IMG/VR virus record: IMGVR_UViG_3300042691_027063
Location: 1-64,000 of that record
Length of the DNA: 64,000 bases
Strand: one strand, 5' to 3'
Origin: a virus
Shown here: piece after piece, positions 39,989 through 50,379 of the stretch
Position numbering within the stretch: the first letter of the stretch is position 1
How the letters are laid out: each line of letters begins with the position of its first letter
The notes under the pieces: generated by a model
The model's input: only the letters and a program-made list of their open reading frames with translations
Database searches by the model: none
What the model was told of the DNA's origin: nothing
Translations under genes and position numbers: made by a program

Positions 39989-40537
39989 TTAGCTCCAAGA
40001 GTCTTCTGACCCAGTTGTTTCGACCTTATTTACATTAACTACTTCTTTTTTATTTGCTGCAACTCCGAAACCCTTTTTAGGTGCTTCGACTTTAGGTTGC
40101 TCAACTACCACAGGCTTGTTATTATTGACATTGTTGTTTTTAAATCCGTCGCTGGATGCGTCATTGTCTTCAGTTGGAAGACCAGTCAATGCCTGTAGCT
40201 GATATCTCTTCAAGTATGATTGGGCTGCTCCTGCTCGTTGTGCTTCATTACAACCTCGCATCTCAGGAATTCCTGTAGAGCCAGTTGAACCAATATACTG
40301 ACCAGATGAATGAATAAGTAGAGTTGTAACCTTTACTGTATTAGCATCCGAATCTTCAATCAGTTGAGTGAAGCTAATTCCATGCTTGTTAAGTGCTGGC
40401 TTTACAGCTTCAATAACTGCACCTAGATCAGCGTACTTGTAAGCGTGTGCTTTGCTATCTTTAATAGCAGAAGTCATTTCTGTTTGTGCCTTAACCAAGG
40501 CTGTTGCTAGTTCATTAATGTTTTCTGATTTAATCAT
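39989..40537 (-). CDS. erf: ERF-family ssDNA annealing protein
   Basis: LATALVKAQ, YKYADL, LIHSSGQ, GAAQSYLKRY.L.A..G...EDND. Confidence 0.88.
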   Translation of the reverse strand: MIKSENINELATALVKAQTEMTSAIKDSKAHAYKYADLGAVIEAVKPALNKHGISFTQLIEDSDANTVKVTTLLIHSSGQYIGSTGSTGIPEMRGCNEAQRAGAAQSYLKRYQLQALTGLPTEDNDASSDGFKNNNVNNNKPVVVEQPKVEAPKKGFGVAANKKEVVNVNKVETTGSEDSWS

Positions 40538-40865
40538 ATATTTCCCTCCCTATATTAATAAATAGCTCGCTTTACTAGACGACCATCGGCTTGTGGTGCT
40601 GGTTCAGTTTCTCTAATTGGTCGAAGACGTAGCATCAAATAAGTCGAATTATTAGCTGTGAACTGATAATCGAATACATAACCATTGCTCAACAATTCGT
40701 TAACCTCTGTCAATGTTTCATCGGACAGCTTTACGATTTTTGTCATTTAACATCCTTTGTGATAAAATATAAATTCGGATTCTCATGCGAGAATTGAAAT
40801 CTTTGAAAATCAAATCTCCTGTGCATAATACATCAGGAGATGGTATGTTGTCAACAATTTTATTT

Positions 40866-41123
40866 TCATTCTGTTGCATATACGCCTTTTTTCACTAGGT
40901 TAAGTTCTAATTCGTATTTGGCATCCCATAGGTTTTCACCTTCGTAAATAACTTTTGGTGCTCCAGTTGCTAAGGTTTTGCTATTAACTGGGATTTCTAC
41001 AACCTTTCGACGCTTTCCTTCTCCCTTTACAATAGTTAAAGCGATTGTATCGAAGCTTTGTTCGTTTTCAACTGCCCCACCAAAATCATCCACTTCCTCT
41101 TTTTTATTCTTTGCTTTACTCAT
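40866..41123 (-). CDS. Hypothetical protein
   Basis: ORF track; AGGAG RBS. Confidence 0.5.
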   Translation of the reverse strand: MSKAKNKKEEVDDFGGAVENEQSFDTIALTIVKGEGKRRKVVEIPVNSKTLATGAPKVIYEGENLWDAKYELELNLVKKGVYATE

Positions 41124-42208
41124 TTTTGCTCCTTTTTTGTACAAACAAGCCCAGTCATATCTTTATTATTATGACAGTAGTTATAATATGGACATTTTAC
41201 TTTTCCGTTATATCTAATACAAGATTCCCTGTTTTCCTCGAACTCTCCTGCCGTAATTCTAGCATTTACTATATTAAACTTTTCTAAAACTTCCTGCATC
41301 TTTTCTTCTGGTATTTCATCTACAATATACTGAATAACTGCTTCTGGATAAATTTTGTAATTAAATGCACCATTACATCTTTTGTTATTGATTTTATTTG
41401 TGCAGGTTTTTACATTTGTACCAGAGTCGTCGTGACCACAAACTGAACATATCTTTTCTCTATTCTTTTTAATTCCCTTATGGAGCACAACATAGCCAGC
41501 TTTTTTCATGTCTGGATACTTGCTTCTAAGAAAAAACTTATATAAAGCTAATTGATCTGACTCTACGACGGAATTCTTATCGTAGTATTTTGTTGTGGTT
41601 TTTAGGTCAATTACAACCGCCCCGTTGATTCCTTTAAGGCGCAAGACGAAATCGGCTTTACCATTTACCTTATTACCGTCACCATCTTCTAGCTCAATGA
41701 CTTCTTGACAAGATAGAACCTCCTCGACATTAGAATCAACCCACTCAATGAATTTATTAACAAGGAATGTCCCTTTGCGATAAAGAGAAATCCAGTTACA
41801 ATAAGCTAGTCTTGTTGCGTCTTCTTCTGATTTTTCTTCTTTTTTGGAAAGAGATTCAAAGAGAGACCGTACACTTTCAAATGGTGTATCTTTAAGAATA
41901 AATTCGTTATCGGATTGAACGAGAAGCTCATAATCAAAGTCAGTAGGTAGATACTTAACCTCTGTACTAAGTTGAAGGTCGATGGTTTGTCCATTATGTT
42001 CTACCTCTTTCCACTTTTGCTTAAAGATTTCTTTTGCTCTAAGTGGATTTCTTTCTTTAATATAATCTTCACAAGCGGCATCTATTGCCGATCCATAGAT
42101 AAGTTGACTTGATAATTCAACTGGTCGAATCTTTTCGATGTAGTATAATTGATACTCTTTTCCGCAGGTTAGATATCTATTTACTGACGAGTGTGATAGT
42201 GAATTCAT
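41120..42208 (-). CDS. PD-(D/E)xK exonuclease (RecB/Cas4-like)
   Basis: LSHSS...C, GKADFV...IDLKT, QLALY, C-terminal C...CPY...C cluster; adjacent to ERF. Confidence 0.85.
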   Translation of the reverse strand: MNSLSHSSVNRYLTCGKEYQLYYIEKIRPVELSSQLIYGSAIDAACEDYIKERNPLRAKEIFKQKWKEVEHNGQTIDLQLSTEVKYLPTDFDYELLVQSDNEFILKDTPFESVRSLFESLSKKEEKSEEDATRLAYCNWISLYRKGTFLVNKFIEWVDSNVEEVLSCQEVIELEDGDGNKVNGKADFVLRLKGINGAVVIDLKTTTKYYDKNSVVESDQLALYKFFLRSKYPDMKKAGYVVLHKGIKKNREKICSVCGHDDSGTNVKTCTNKINNKRCNGAFNYKIYPEAVIQYIVDEIPEEKMQEVLEKFNIVNARITAGEFEENRESCIRYNGKVKCPYYNYCHNNKDMTGLVCTKKEQK

Positions 42209-42705
42209 TTGTATCTCTCTTCGTCCCAATGTAGTTTTATACAGTCACCAGTCTTGCAACCAAAATACTCATTAACATATTTTTGGTAATTAATGACATA
42301 GCTTATACCTAAAAACTTAGCAGCTTGCATTATGCTTGGAGGTGCGTCGTGTTCATAGTTTAGTACACAATGACCAAGTTCGTGCATAATTAATTCGTCT
42401 TTATGATAGAGCTTTGCTTTTTCCCAGAATCTTCTATCTATCTCTACTCTGTTAATTAAGTAGTAACAAACTCCAGCTGTTCCTTCATCTAAGTCCGCGA
42501 ATTGAATTTCTGTTTCTCTGACCTTACCAATATACCTATCTAATCCAAACCTGTGTAAATTTTGAATATATTCTTCGACAAAAGGAGAAAAGCTAGATTG
42601 CTTCAGCCCGTTCGTCGAGGGTTTTGTTTCCATTAATAAGCTTAATACTGCGGAAAATATTAAAATGTGCAGAACCCTTGATATCATTGCAGCCCTTACA
42701 TACAA
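42205..42705 (-). CDS. Secreted zincin metallopeptidase-like protein
   Basis: N-terminal hydrophobic segment; HELGHCVLNYEH plus SIM Met-turn. Confidence 0.7.
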   Translation of the reverse strand: MYVRAAMISRVLHILIFSAVLSLLMETKPSTNGLKQSSFSPFVEEYIQNLHRFGLDRYIGKVRETEIQFADLDEGTAGVCYYLINRVEIDRRFWEKAKLYHKDELIMHELGHCVLNYEHDAPPSIMQAAKFLGISYVINYQKYVNEYFGCKTGDCIKLHWDEERYK

Positions 42706-42913
42706 GTCTCAGATTAGCTTGAGCATGAGTTCCACCCTTTGAGATTGGGATAAAGTGGTCAATCGTTGCTAGGTCTGGACAGTTTTTATTTTCAGTGTGA
42801 AGATTTCTTTTTCCACAATACTCACAAACATAAACTCCATTATTTTTTTCAAGATTGCGGAGTCTAATTACTTTTTTATTCTTATGAAAATTACCGCTAT
42901 ATCCCTTAGCCAT
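42593..42913 (-). CDS. HNH endonuclease
   Basis: CEYCG...TIDHFIPISKGG...NL..VCKGCN..KG. Confidence 0.88.
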   Translation of the reverse strand: MAKGYSGNFHKNKKVIRLRNLEKNNGVYVCEYCGKRNLHTENKNCPDLATIDHFIPISKGGTHAQANLRLVCKGCNDIKGSAHFNIFRSIKLINGNKTLDERAEAI

Positions 42914-43319
42914 AGTCTTTCCCTTTGTGTTTAGATTTTCTAGTGTAATCCTTCTTAGATTTCATTACACTATTAGGTTTTTTTGCAACCGGCTTCCTAG
43001 TCTTTGGAATCGGTATAGTCAGTTTAAATGATTTCTTCATGGTTGTCAAGTCCTAAAAGCATTTATAAATGCTTTTTTATTTACAGCAACTGAACAAAAA
43101 GCCGAATTAGTACATCCTGTTATTCTTTTTACAATGAAAGTATCATCATAGAATTCGATAAATAGACCGTTACTAAATTTCCTAATTCTATCTTGACTAT
43201 TATAGTATGAAATAAAGCCCTCATTACCTCCATATTCTTTCCATACTCTAACCCTAGATAGATCCCATTTATCTGGATAATACAGTCTCCAGTCGCAACC
43301 TGAGAAAAAGCAAAGTAAT

Positions 43320-43742
43320 TTAATTAGAAATAATTTCATGGTTGTCAAGCTTTATGTTTTTTAAAATAACTTCATATATAGGTTTGTTTAGTTTTAACAT
43401 TTCTTTTTTCATATTTGCCGATCCCTTTGAATCTCCATCCCATATTAAAAGTAAAGCATCTGCATATTCTGCCATTTCTTTGTTCCTTATAGGACCAGCT
43501 GCTTTACCGTGTTTGTCCCATTCTGCAGGAAATTCTTTATATCTTCCAAAAAAATGTTTATCGTATACAGTTGGTCCTGTGCTTTCACATAGTCTCTTTG
43601 CTGCAAAATCTATTCCAGATGCCCCACCAGAAACAACTTCTGAAATTTCACAAACTCGTCCAGCTAAATAAAAATTTAAAACGTTATGTAGGAATGTATG
43701 ATGAATCTTAAAATTCCTACTTCCAGCAATAATTAATTTCAT
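43320..43742 (-). CDS. SLOG-superfamily (DUF2493/YspA-like) protein
   Basis: IIAGSR, VSGGASGID, AEWDKHGKAAGPIRN.EM, WDG.SKGS. Confidence 0.85.
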   Translation of the reverse strand: MKLIIAGSRNFKIHHTFLHNVLNFYLAGRVCEISEVVSGGASGIDFAAKRLCESTGPTVYDKHFFGRYKEFPAEWDKHGKAAGPIRNKEMAEYADALLLIWDGDSKGSANMKKEMLKLNKPIYEVILKNIKLDNHEIISN

Positions 43743-44026
43743 AAATTATTTCCTATATAATATAGAAAATTACTAATATAATTATACAAATAACGAGTTC
43801 ACCAAGGAACCATTTATCTGAAAAGGATAATTTCATTTCTTCTCCAAGATACATCTCTCAAGAGCTTTGTGTTTTACTAAATTAGTTTTATTATTTACAC
43901 AATGGATATATGATTGTTGGCATGATAACTGTTTTCTAGCTACATCATTAATATAAGAATATCTTGCGTTCTCATCGTTTGTTGCTGTTACTTGGCATAA
44001 CATAGCAATTGCAATAAAAAAATCCA

Positions 44027-44740
44027 TTATAGTTTCTCCTTAATCGGATGATCATCTGGAAAATAAAGATTACATTGATTGTCAAAATCTCCAAATTTAT
44101 TCATTAGAAAATTGACAATTCTATCTGCTAACTTTGGACTTCTCATGAGTTTCTTAAGTTTGAATCCCAACATTACTGTTGTTTTCTCTTTTCGAAATAT
44201 AGTAAATAAGCTAGCGATGATAAAATACAAAGTCCTAATAAGCCCAGGTGACCGATTAGCACATCTGTAATAGAAGTATTGTTGTTCAGGGCGATGCCAA
44301 AAAGCAAGGCTCCAGATAGCTGGATACTTAACGACAGCGGTTCTAGGATTTTCTTCATTTGCTAAACCCTCATATGCTTCGATTACATCGTTGATTACAA
44401 GCTTGCGAAATGGAGCAGGCGTGAATCCTTCTATATCACAATACTGGAAGTAATTCTTTTCACCGAACTCAACAATATCAGCAGCGTATGTTACATCTAG
44501 TCCAGCAAGTCCAACATACTCATCGTGGCTGATTGGAATATGATATCCACCAGGATGACGAGAAATAGCTTTTTCATCTAAGCTATTGACTTCATTACTA
44601 ATAACTGAGTCAAATTCAACTGGCAGTCCAACCATTGATGCATAGAAGCTATAGATGTATGCATTGTTTGTTGGATATGGATTAGTTTCTGTTACTGGTT
44701 TGATATGCCATCTTCCATGTTTGTCAATGTAATTACTCAT
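44027..44740 (-). CDS. Hypothetical protein
   Basis: 237-aa ORF with AGGAG RBS; SHDE motif and C-terminal YFPDDHPI. Confidence 0.6.
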   Translation of the reverse strand: MSNYIDKHGRWHIKPVTETNPYPTNNAYIYSFYASMVGLPVEFDSVISNEVNSLDEKAISRHPGGYHIPISHDEYVGLAGLDVTYAADIVEFGEKNYFQYCDIEGFTPAPFRKLVINDVIEAYEGLANEENPRTAVVKYPAIWSLAFWHRPEQQYFYYRCANRSPGLIRTLYFIIASLFTIFRKEKTTVMLGFKLKKLMRSPKLADRIVNFLMNKFGDFDNQCNLYFPDDHPIKEKL

Positions 44741-44757
44741 ATTTTTCTCCTAATTGA

Positions 44758-44786
44758 AAGATAACACAAAGAAAAAGATTTGTCAA
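44758..44786 (-). promoter_or_regulatory. sigma70-type promoter with extended -10
   Basis: TTGACA-17 bp-TATCTT with TGn. Confidence 0.55.
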
Positions 44787-45100
44787 TTAGAATTTTTCTT
44801 TATTAAAATCAGATTATTATGGAAAGCACCGGCTTTTTCATTTTTATCTTTTCTTGCTTTTTGAATATCTTTTTTTGTGAAGTCCATAACTTCTATGTAC
44901 TTATCTAGAATTTCGTAAAGGTCAGCGAGCTCTTCTAATAATTCTTCTCTTGTCTTTGAGTTAATAACTTCGTTAAGTTCTTCTTGTACTTTCTCTATGG
45001 CATACATAGGGACACTGTATTTATCCGCAATTTCAATTTCCAAGGTTCTACCCTGTTCTTTTGCAATATCTGGAATTTTATCTCTAATTAGTTTTTTCAT
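44783..45100 (-). CDS. MazG-like (PRA-PH family) NTP pyrophosphohydrolase
   Basis: KLIRDKIP...KVQEELNE...EELADLYE...R..K...AGAF. Confidence 0.85.
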   Translation of the reverse strand: MKKLIRDKIPDIAKEQGRTLEIEIADKYSVPMYAIEKVQEELNEVINSKTREELLEELADLYEILDKYIEVMDFTKKDIQKARKDKNEKAGAFHNNLILIKKNSN

Positions 45101-45404
45101 ATTACTTTTTTACCTAAAAGCATTTTCCACAAAAGCCTACCAATTACAAATCCAATAGCATACACGAATATTTCGTAGTTCACTTTAATTCCTTTACCTT
45201 AGATGCATCAATCATAAGCTTCAATGAATTATTAATTACTTCACCATTAGCTAAAGCTAGAACATCTTCAATTGCTTGACAATATCCTTCGTTATAAATT
45301 TCTTCTACGTCTTTCTTTGTGTATGGGAGAGAATACTGATATTGTTTGAGAACTTGATCTAAAGTCATATATGCTCCTTAGCCTCTTCATTGAAGCTAAG
45401 GAGA

Positions 45405-45433
45405 AAGATACATTATAATTATTCGTTTGTCAA
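45405..45433 (-). promoter_or_regulatory. sigma70-type promoter
   Basis: TTGACA-17 bp-TATCTT; predicted start site falls inside the 45374-45403 hairpin. Confidence 0.5.
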
Positions 45434-45754
45434 GGAGAATGTTTCATTGATGTGTTTAATTAGCTCTTCTTCTGTCTTTACTCCAACAATTCGACTTACC
45501 TCGTGTCCGTCTTTCTGAAATACAAGAGTTGGAATACCTCTGATATTATGTCTACTTGGAGCGTCTTTATCTTTATCAATGTCAATATCCTGTAACTCGA
45601 CTCCAGTCTTTTCTGCTGCAGCTTTTACAATCGGAGCCATTTGCTGACAAGGTGGACACCATCTAGCTGAAAACTTTAGAATGACATTCTTTGCATTTGC
45701 TGACATAGGTAAAACTCCTAGAAATAAAATTAATGCTAACTTCCTACTGTCCAT
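45419..45754 (-). CDS. Thioredoxin
   Basis: FSARWCPPC active site, IRGIPTL cis-Pro motif; GAGG RBS before MDSRK. Confidence 0.9.
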   Translation of the reverse strand: MDSRKLALILFLGVLPMSANAKNVILKFSARWCPPCQQMAPIVKAAAEKTGVELQDIDIDKDKDAPSRHNIRGIPTLVFQKDGHEVSRIVGVKTEEELIKHINETFSLTNE

Positions 45755-46290
45755 ATAACCTCGTTGTAATCGTATGGCGGTAGCTTTTCTTTCCCATCCA
45801 CACACATTGCTTTATCAAGAAATCTAAGCCTGTACTGAGGTGCTATATGGAAATTGCCTTCTTCGCTTTTAATACAGTGATACATCTTCCAGTGAATAGG
45901 GTGTCTAGATAGATCGTACTTACCAACACAATCTATAGTAAATAGATACTCTCCTTTGATTATCTCTCCACTGAATAGCTTAAGAGACACTGGCATATAT
46001 AGTAACAAGTCGTATTGTATTACATCGATTTCGCTAGATATTGAATCCCACATCTGACAATCGTTTAAATCTCTTTTAACAGCGTTGTCTTTAAATGATA
46101 TAGCATGGGCAGGGAGTCCAGTAAAAAGCGCACCATCACCCAATAGAACCTGAAATTGAAAGGCTTGGTTCTGTATGCTTCTCACACCTACTAAATGTCC
46201 GACAGTAAACTCCCCATGTCCTGTCTTCTGACCAAACAAGAATTCATTCCTTACATATACTTGAATAGGAGGTAGATTTTTATTTGTCAT
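45736..46290 (-). CDS. Conserved phage hypothetical protein
   Basis: NLPP...VR.EFL...GA....LP.HA...Q.WD...G.YLFTID. Confidence 0.65.
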   Translation of the reverse strand: MTNKNLPPIQVYVRNEFLFGQKTGHGEFTVGHLVGVRSIQNQAFQFQVLLGDGALFTGLPAHAISFKDNAVKRDLNDCQMWDSISSEIDVIQYDLLLYMPVSLKLFSGEIIKGEYLFTIDCVGKYDLSRHPIHWKMYHCIKSEEGNFHIAPQYRLRFLDKAMCVDGKEKLPPYDYNEVIWTVGS

Positions 46291-46440
46291 TTTTAATTAA
46301 TAAAGCTCTTATGAACATATAAGCAGAAGCAAATCCAAGACCCAATCCAAAAAGATTAAATCTAGTATCTAGAAGTAGAATATTCCCAATGCAAAGAATA
46401 TATCCGCAGGTTGTGTAATACATTTTCTCTTGTAGTTTTG

Positions 46441-46806
46441 TCATTGGTAATCCATAAAGTAAACTCGTTTTGCTCCAGCTAAAAGCTTAAGCACATACTG
46501 ACAACCATCTTTAAGCAAGACAACTTCTTTTTCTTCTCCTTGCTCATAAATTGCAGCAACATCAAAAATCTCATCTTTCATCCTCCCAACTGCAATCTTT
46601 CTTCCGATTGATTTGTTGTAGTTATCCTTAACAGAACAAGCAGCTTTTCCGATCTTAGCTTCTAGCTGGTCCCCAAGCTGGAGTTCTTTAAACATATCTA
46701 CTGGAATTTCTTCCATGGCAATAGTTTCTCCACCTCTAGCGGAGAGTTCAATTTCTCCATCTTTTCTAAATCGAGCAAACCTAGCATGAAAAAATTGTAT
46801 ATTCAT
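46441..46806 (-). CDS. Hypothetical protein
   Basis: GGET...A.CS.KDNYNK.IGR.IA motif. Confidence 0.6.
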   Translation of the reverse strand: MNIQFFHARFARFRKDGEIELSARGGETIAMEEIPVDMFKELQLGDQLEAKIGKAACSVKDNYNKSIGRKIAVGRMKDEIFDVAAIYEQGEEKEVVLLKDGCQYVLKLLAGAKRVYFMDYQ

Positions 46807-46823
46807 TTCTTTCCTTTTTAGCA

Positions 46824-46852
46824 ATCATATTATAGATTTAATTATTTGTCAA
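46824..46852 (-). promoter_or_regulatory. sigma70-type promoter
   Basis: TTGACA-17 bp-TATGAT. Confidence 0.6.
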
Positions 46853-47863
46853 GTATTTTTTCCAATATTTAATTGTTTCATCTTTTATCTTGACATTTTT
46901 TTCTACAGCAATTAGTGTGTCAGATGCTTTTGAAAAATAACTGACTGTGTATTTGCCGTAGTCTTTGCCCTTATATCGAAGGTTTAATCTTACATAAAAA
47001 CTATTAATGTCAATGTGATACGTATTCATTAAAAATCCTGCATATCTTGAATCCGTTTATCAATAAAAAAGATTTGGTTTTTAAAACTGATTCTTTGATC
47101 TTCGGTTAGATTATCGAATGTATAATAAAACAAAGTATCTAGTTCTTGTCTAAGGGTTCTCAGTTCGCTCAGTGTCATCTTCAATCCTTTTGATCGATGG
47201 TTCCTTGTGCCAAGCTGATGCTCGACCGTCTATATTAAATACCACAAGACTGTCGAAGTTGTCAAACTTTACTGATAAAAATAATCCATTTGCTGAAATA
47301 GAATGAACCTTTCCTTCATTACCAAATAAGGCAATTACTCTGTCTCCCGGCTGAAAGGGCTGCTCTTTCTCTTGGTGTTTGTCTGATATTAAATCCACTA
47401 AGGTAGATTGTTCCATACATTGATCCTTCTGTGATAATCCGTGTGCTGTACATGGAGGAATCGTCAAAGTGATGACTTCTTTCATAGGGAATTGTATATG
47501 ATATCGATGTAAGTGATTCTGATCCTAATGGTTCGATGCGAAGTTGTCGATTAGAAGCTCGTCGAATCATTTCTTCTCGGTCTCTTCTTGACTGTTCTAA
47601 CCTTCTTTCTTCTGCTTCTCTTTCTTGTCTTCGATTGCGGAACATATTTCGAATTGCATTTACAAAAGGCATTTTAAGCTCCAATATATCTTAATACCAT
47701 AATAAAGAAAACCAATACGATGATGTTTTTAATCATCGAGTTTGGTCAGAACGAACTGCTTCAATCCATTCTTTTTCTTCTTTGGTTAACTGCTCTGTTG
47801 TACTACAAGATGTAGTGATAAGAAATGTTACTGCTAAAAAAATTGGAATAATCATAAAACTCC

Positions 47864-49717
47864 TTAAACGATTTCGCAAATTCCGCCAGCCGAACAAGCC
47901 AATTGTTCTGCGCGATTAGTATTATCTTCGAACTCCATTACCTTTGTCAAGTCAATTTCGTTAACCATCTTATTATATTTTTCAAAAGTAGCTTTGTCAG
48001 TGTCCTCGAAAGGTGCCTGTTGATAAACAGCATCAGAGAAAGGTAGGAGACTAACAGCAGCATACTGGAAACGATCTTCCCATAGTCGAGCTAGAAGAGT
48101 ATCAATTTCTTCTGGCTTGTAATTAATAGTGCAGCTTACGTTATGTGTATTCTCTCCTGATCTGTGACCAGGAAGTACCCAATTATTGTAGTAATGTTTC
48201 ACTCGATCGAAGAGACTAAGAGCTGACTCTTGATGACGAGTAATTGCACCTGCTGGAGATTCCTGTGGGATAGTAACTACAACGCCACTTGGACTAAAAA
48301 TGTCAGCCTCTACTAGCTCTGGGATAACTTTACTCAAATATCGAGCAAGTTCATCATCTTTATTCATTCGTACACGACGCAAGTAATACTCACTGTGGCG
48401 AGCGTGGATTCCCGAGCTAGACCCAAGAACGCAAGAAGCCGTTCCTTCAGGCTTAATAGCAGTAGTTCTTGCGGCGATATTGATACCAATTTTGCGGGCA
48501 TATTTTTCGTTGACTTCAAGTACCGTTCTAGCCGCAGCTTGGAGCTGATCGGCAGATAACCCGGGGGAATCCGCGATACCAGTGAAGGAGCAACCAATAA
48601 GTGCTTCTTGTTCAGTAACTGTTCTCCATCTTTCTGAAAGATAAGGGAAATCAGTGAAGCCAGCCTGGAGAGTTCCCAGAAGTGCGGCTGCATATACACG
48701 ATTGTGAAAGTCTTTGTCATTCTTGATGCCAGTTAGATTTGTAGTGGTAAGATTGCAGAACTGATTCGATCGAAGACCGATCTCTGCACATGGGTTTGTT
48801 CCCCAATCCATATCATTAGTGAATACAAAACCGGGTTCGCCAGCGTTAGAAGCAATACACATATCAAAAACGTGCTTAAACTCTTCATAAGTAACCTCGT
48901 GTCTTGGTAATACTGCACTATTGTTAGCTCTGGCTCTGTGAGGATGACGCTCCCACCAGTTACCATGCTTACATGTTAGCATATCATTGTCGTCTCTGTC
49001 GAATAAAGCGATAAGTGCTGCTCTACGAATACCTCCAGATAGTACACAGTCTGCAATCAGACAAATCATATCGTGAGTTTCTAGAGTTGTTAGCTTTCTT
49101 CCTACCGCTTTCTTTAGAATAGCTTCTACTTTTTCAAGCATTGCTTTAAGAGGCTCAGGTCCAGGAGCTTTTGCTCCAGTAGTTACAAGATAAGAACCCT
49201 TCTGACGGACTCTGCTGAAGTCAAATACAGGTCTAATAGCACCGAATAGATATGCGGAGATAAGTTGGTTAAGCGATTCAGCCCAGCCTTCAATGGAGTC
49301 ATGAACAACATAGATTCCTTCCTCTTTTGGTTGACGTACAGTAGGTAGTTGTCCTACGTGACGTTTTTGTACTGAATATCCAAAGCCAGTTCCTGATAGT
49401 AGTAGGAACAAAGCTTCCGCAAAGATACGCGGATATGTAATGTTTGCAAATGAACAGTTAAATAGTCGGACATTATTTCTAAAGATAGCTTCCCCTCCAA
49501 ACTGTAGGGAACGCATAGATGGCATTACGTTAAAGTCATGTAGTTGTTTACCAGCTTTAAGAATATCTCGACTTAGCTTTGGGTATTTATCAAGAAACAT
49601 ATGAAGGTTTCTATTCAATGTTTCTTCTAAAGTCTCTCGTCGATTCAAATGATTTAAATGTTTAGCGTATGTACGATATGCAACAATTTCTGACAATAGA
49701 CGATTAGACTTATTCAC
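47864..49717 (-). CDS. nrdJ: Class II (adenosylcobalamin-dependent, monomeric RTPR-type) ribonucleotide reductase
   Basis: FNC, GGIRRAA, TNPCAEI...QFCNL, TAIKPEGT, C-terminal CSAGGICE redox pair; no small-subunit gene nearby. Confidence 0.92.
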   Translation of the reverse strand: MNKSNRLLSEIVAYRTYAKHLNHLNRRETLEETLNRNLHMFLDKYPKLSRDILKAGKQLHDFNVMPSMRSLQFGGEAIFRNNVRLFNCSFANITYPRIFAEALFLLLSGTGFGYSVQKRHVGQLPTVRQPKEEGIYVVHDSIEGWAESLNQLISAYLFGAIRPVFDFSRVRQKGSYLVTTGAKAPGPEPLKAMLEKVEAILKKAVGRKLTTLETHDMICLIADCVLSGGIRRAALIALFDRDDNDMLTCKHGNWWERHPHRARANNSAVLPRHEVTYEEFKHVFDMCIASNAGEPGFVFTNDMDWGTNPCAEIGLRSNQFCNLTTTNLTGIKNDKDFHNRVYAAALLGTLQAGFTDFPYLSERWRTVTEQEALIGCSFTGIADSPGLSADQLQAAARTVLEVNEKYARKIGINIAARTTAIKPEGTASCVLGSSSGIHARHSEYYLRRVRMNKDDELARYLSKVIPELVEADIFSPSGVVVTIPQESPAGAITRHQESALSLFDRVKHYYNNWVLPGHRSGENTHNVSCTINYKPEEIDTLLARLWEDRFQYAAVSLLPFSDAVYQQAPFEDTDKATFEKYNKMVNEIDLTKVMEFEDNTNRAEQLACSAGGICEIV

Positions 49718-49977
49718 AGTTCTCCTTATAGATATGGTTTAATTAGATAAGCAATTAGAAGAGCCGAGTTAATCCACATTCCAACAAATCCAAGCAAAAT
49801 AAGAACAGCTAATAGATTTGGAATAACGCCAGTTACCACAAATCCAGGCTTACTTAAATCAATCTTCAGTGCCGAGACATATAGAGTTAGTGCAACTCTT
49901 CCTCCATAATATAACACAACACTAGCTAAAGTTGCAAGTAAAAAGATATTCATAATTCATTTTCCAATGTTACTTAT

Positions 49978-50379
49978 TTAGCCATCACCATTACTTAAAA
50001 GTTCTTCCATTTTTTTCTTCAAAGCAAGCTCTGATTCTGTTGGACCTCTAGTGAAATCTTCATCCATGATGATAGTACCCTCTTCTTCTTTCGAAGCTGA
50101 TTTCTTAACTGGCTTTGGTTTTTCAATATTAACAACGGTTACATTTTTTCTACTAGCCTCAACCTTAGCTTTCTGTTCCTTCATTTTCTTTTCGTTGTCA
50201 AAAGCAGCAGAATAATATTCAATGCTAGAAATTGCTTCTAGTAGCTCTGCTTTATTGACAACCATACGACCTTGACCTAATCGCAAAAGAAGGAAGTCGG
50301 GGTCTTCTGTTACTCGTTGAACAATTACTTCTTCGCCTTCTTCATTTGTATTAACATAGACAGTTAATTCTTTTCTCAT
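49978..50379 (-). CDS. Hypothetical protein
   Basis: ORF track; GGAG RBS. Confidence 0.55.
   Translation of the reverse strand: MRKELTVYVNTNEEGEEVIVQRVTEDPDFLLLRLGQGRMVVNKAELLEAISSIEYYSAAFDNEKKMKEQKAKVEASRKNVTVVNIEKPKPVKKSASKEEEGTIIMDEDFTRGPTESELALKKKMEELLSNGDG

Noticed and set aside
41120-42208. cas4 gene of a CRISPR system
   Set aside because: It lies in the ERF recombination cluster; stand-alone PD-(D/E)xK exonucleases are routine in phages.
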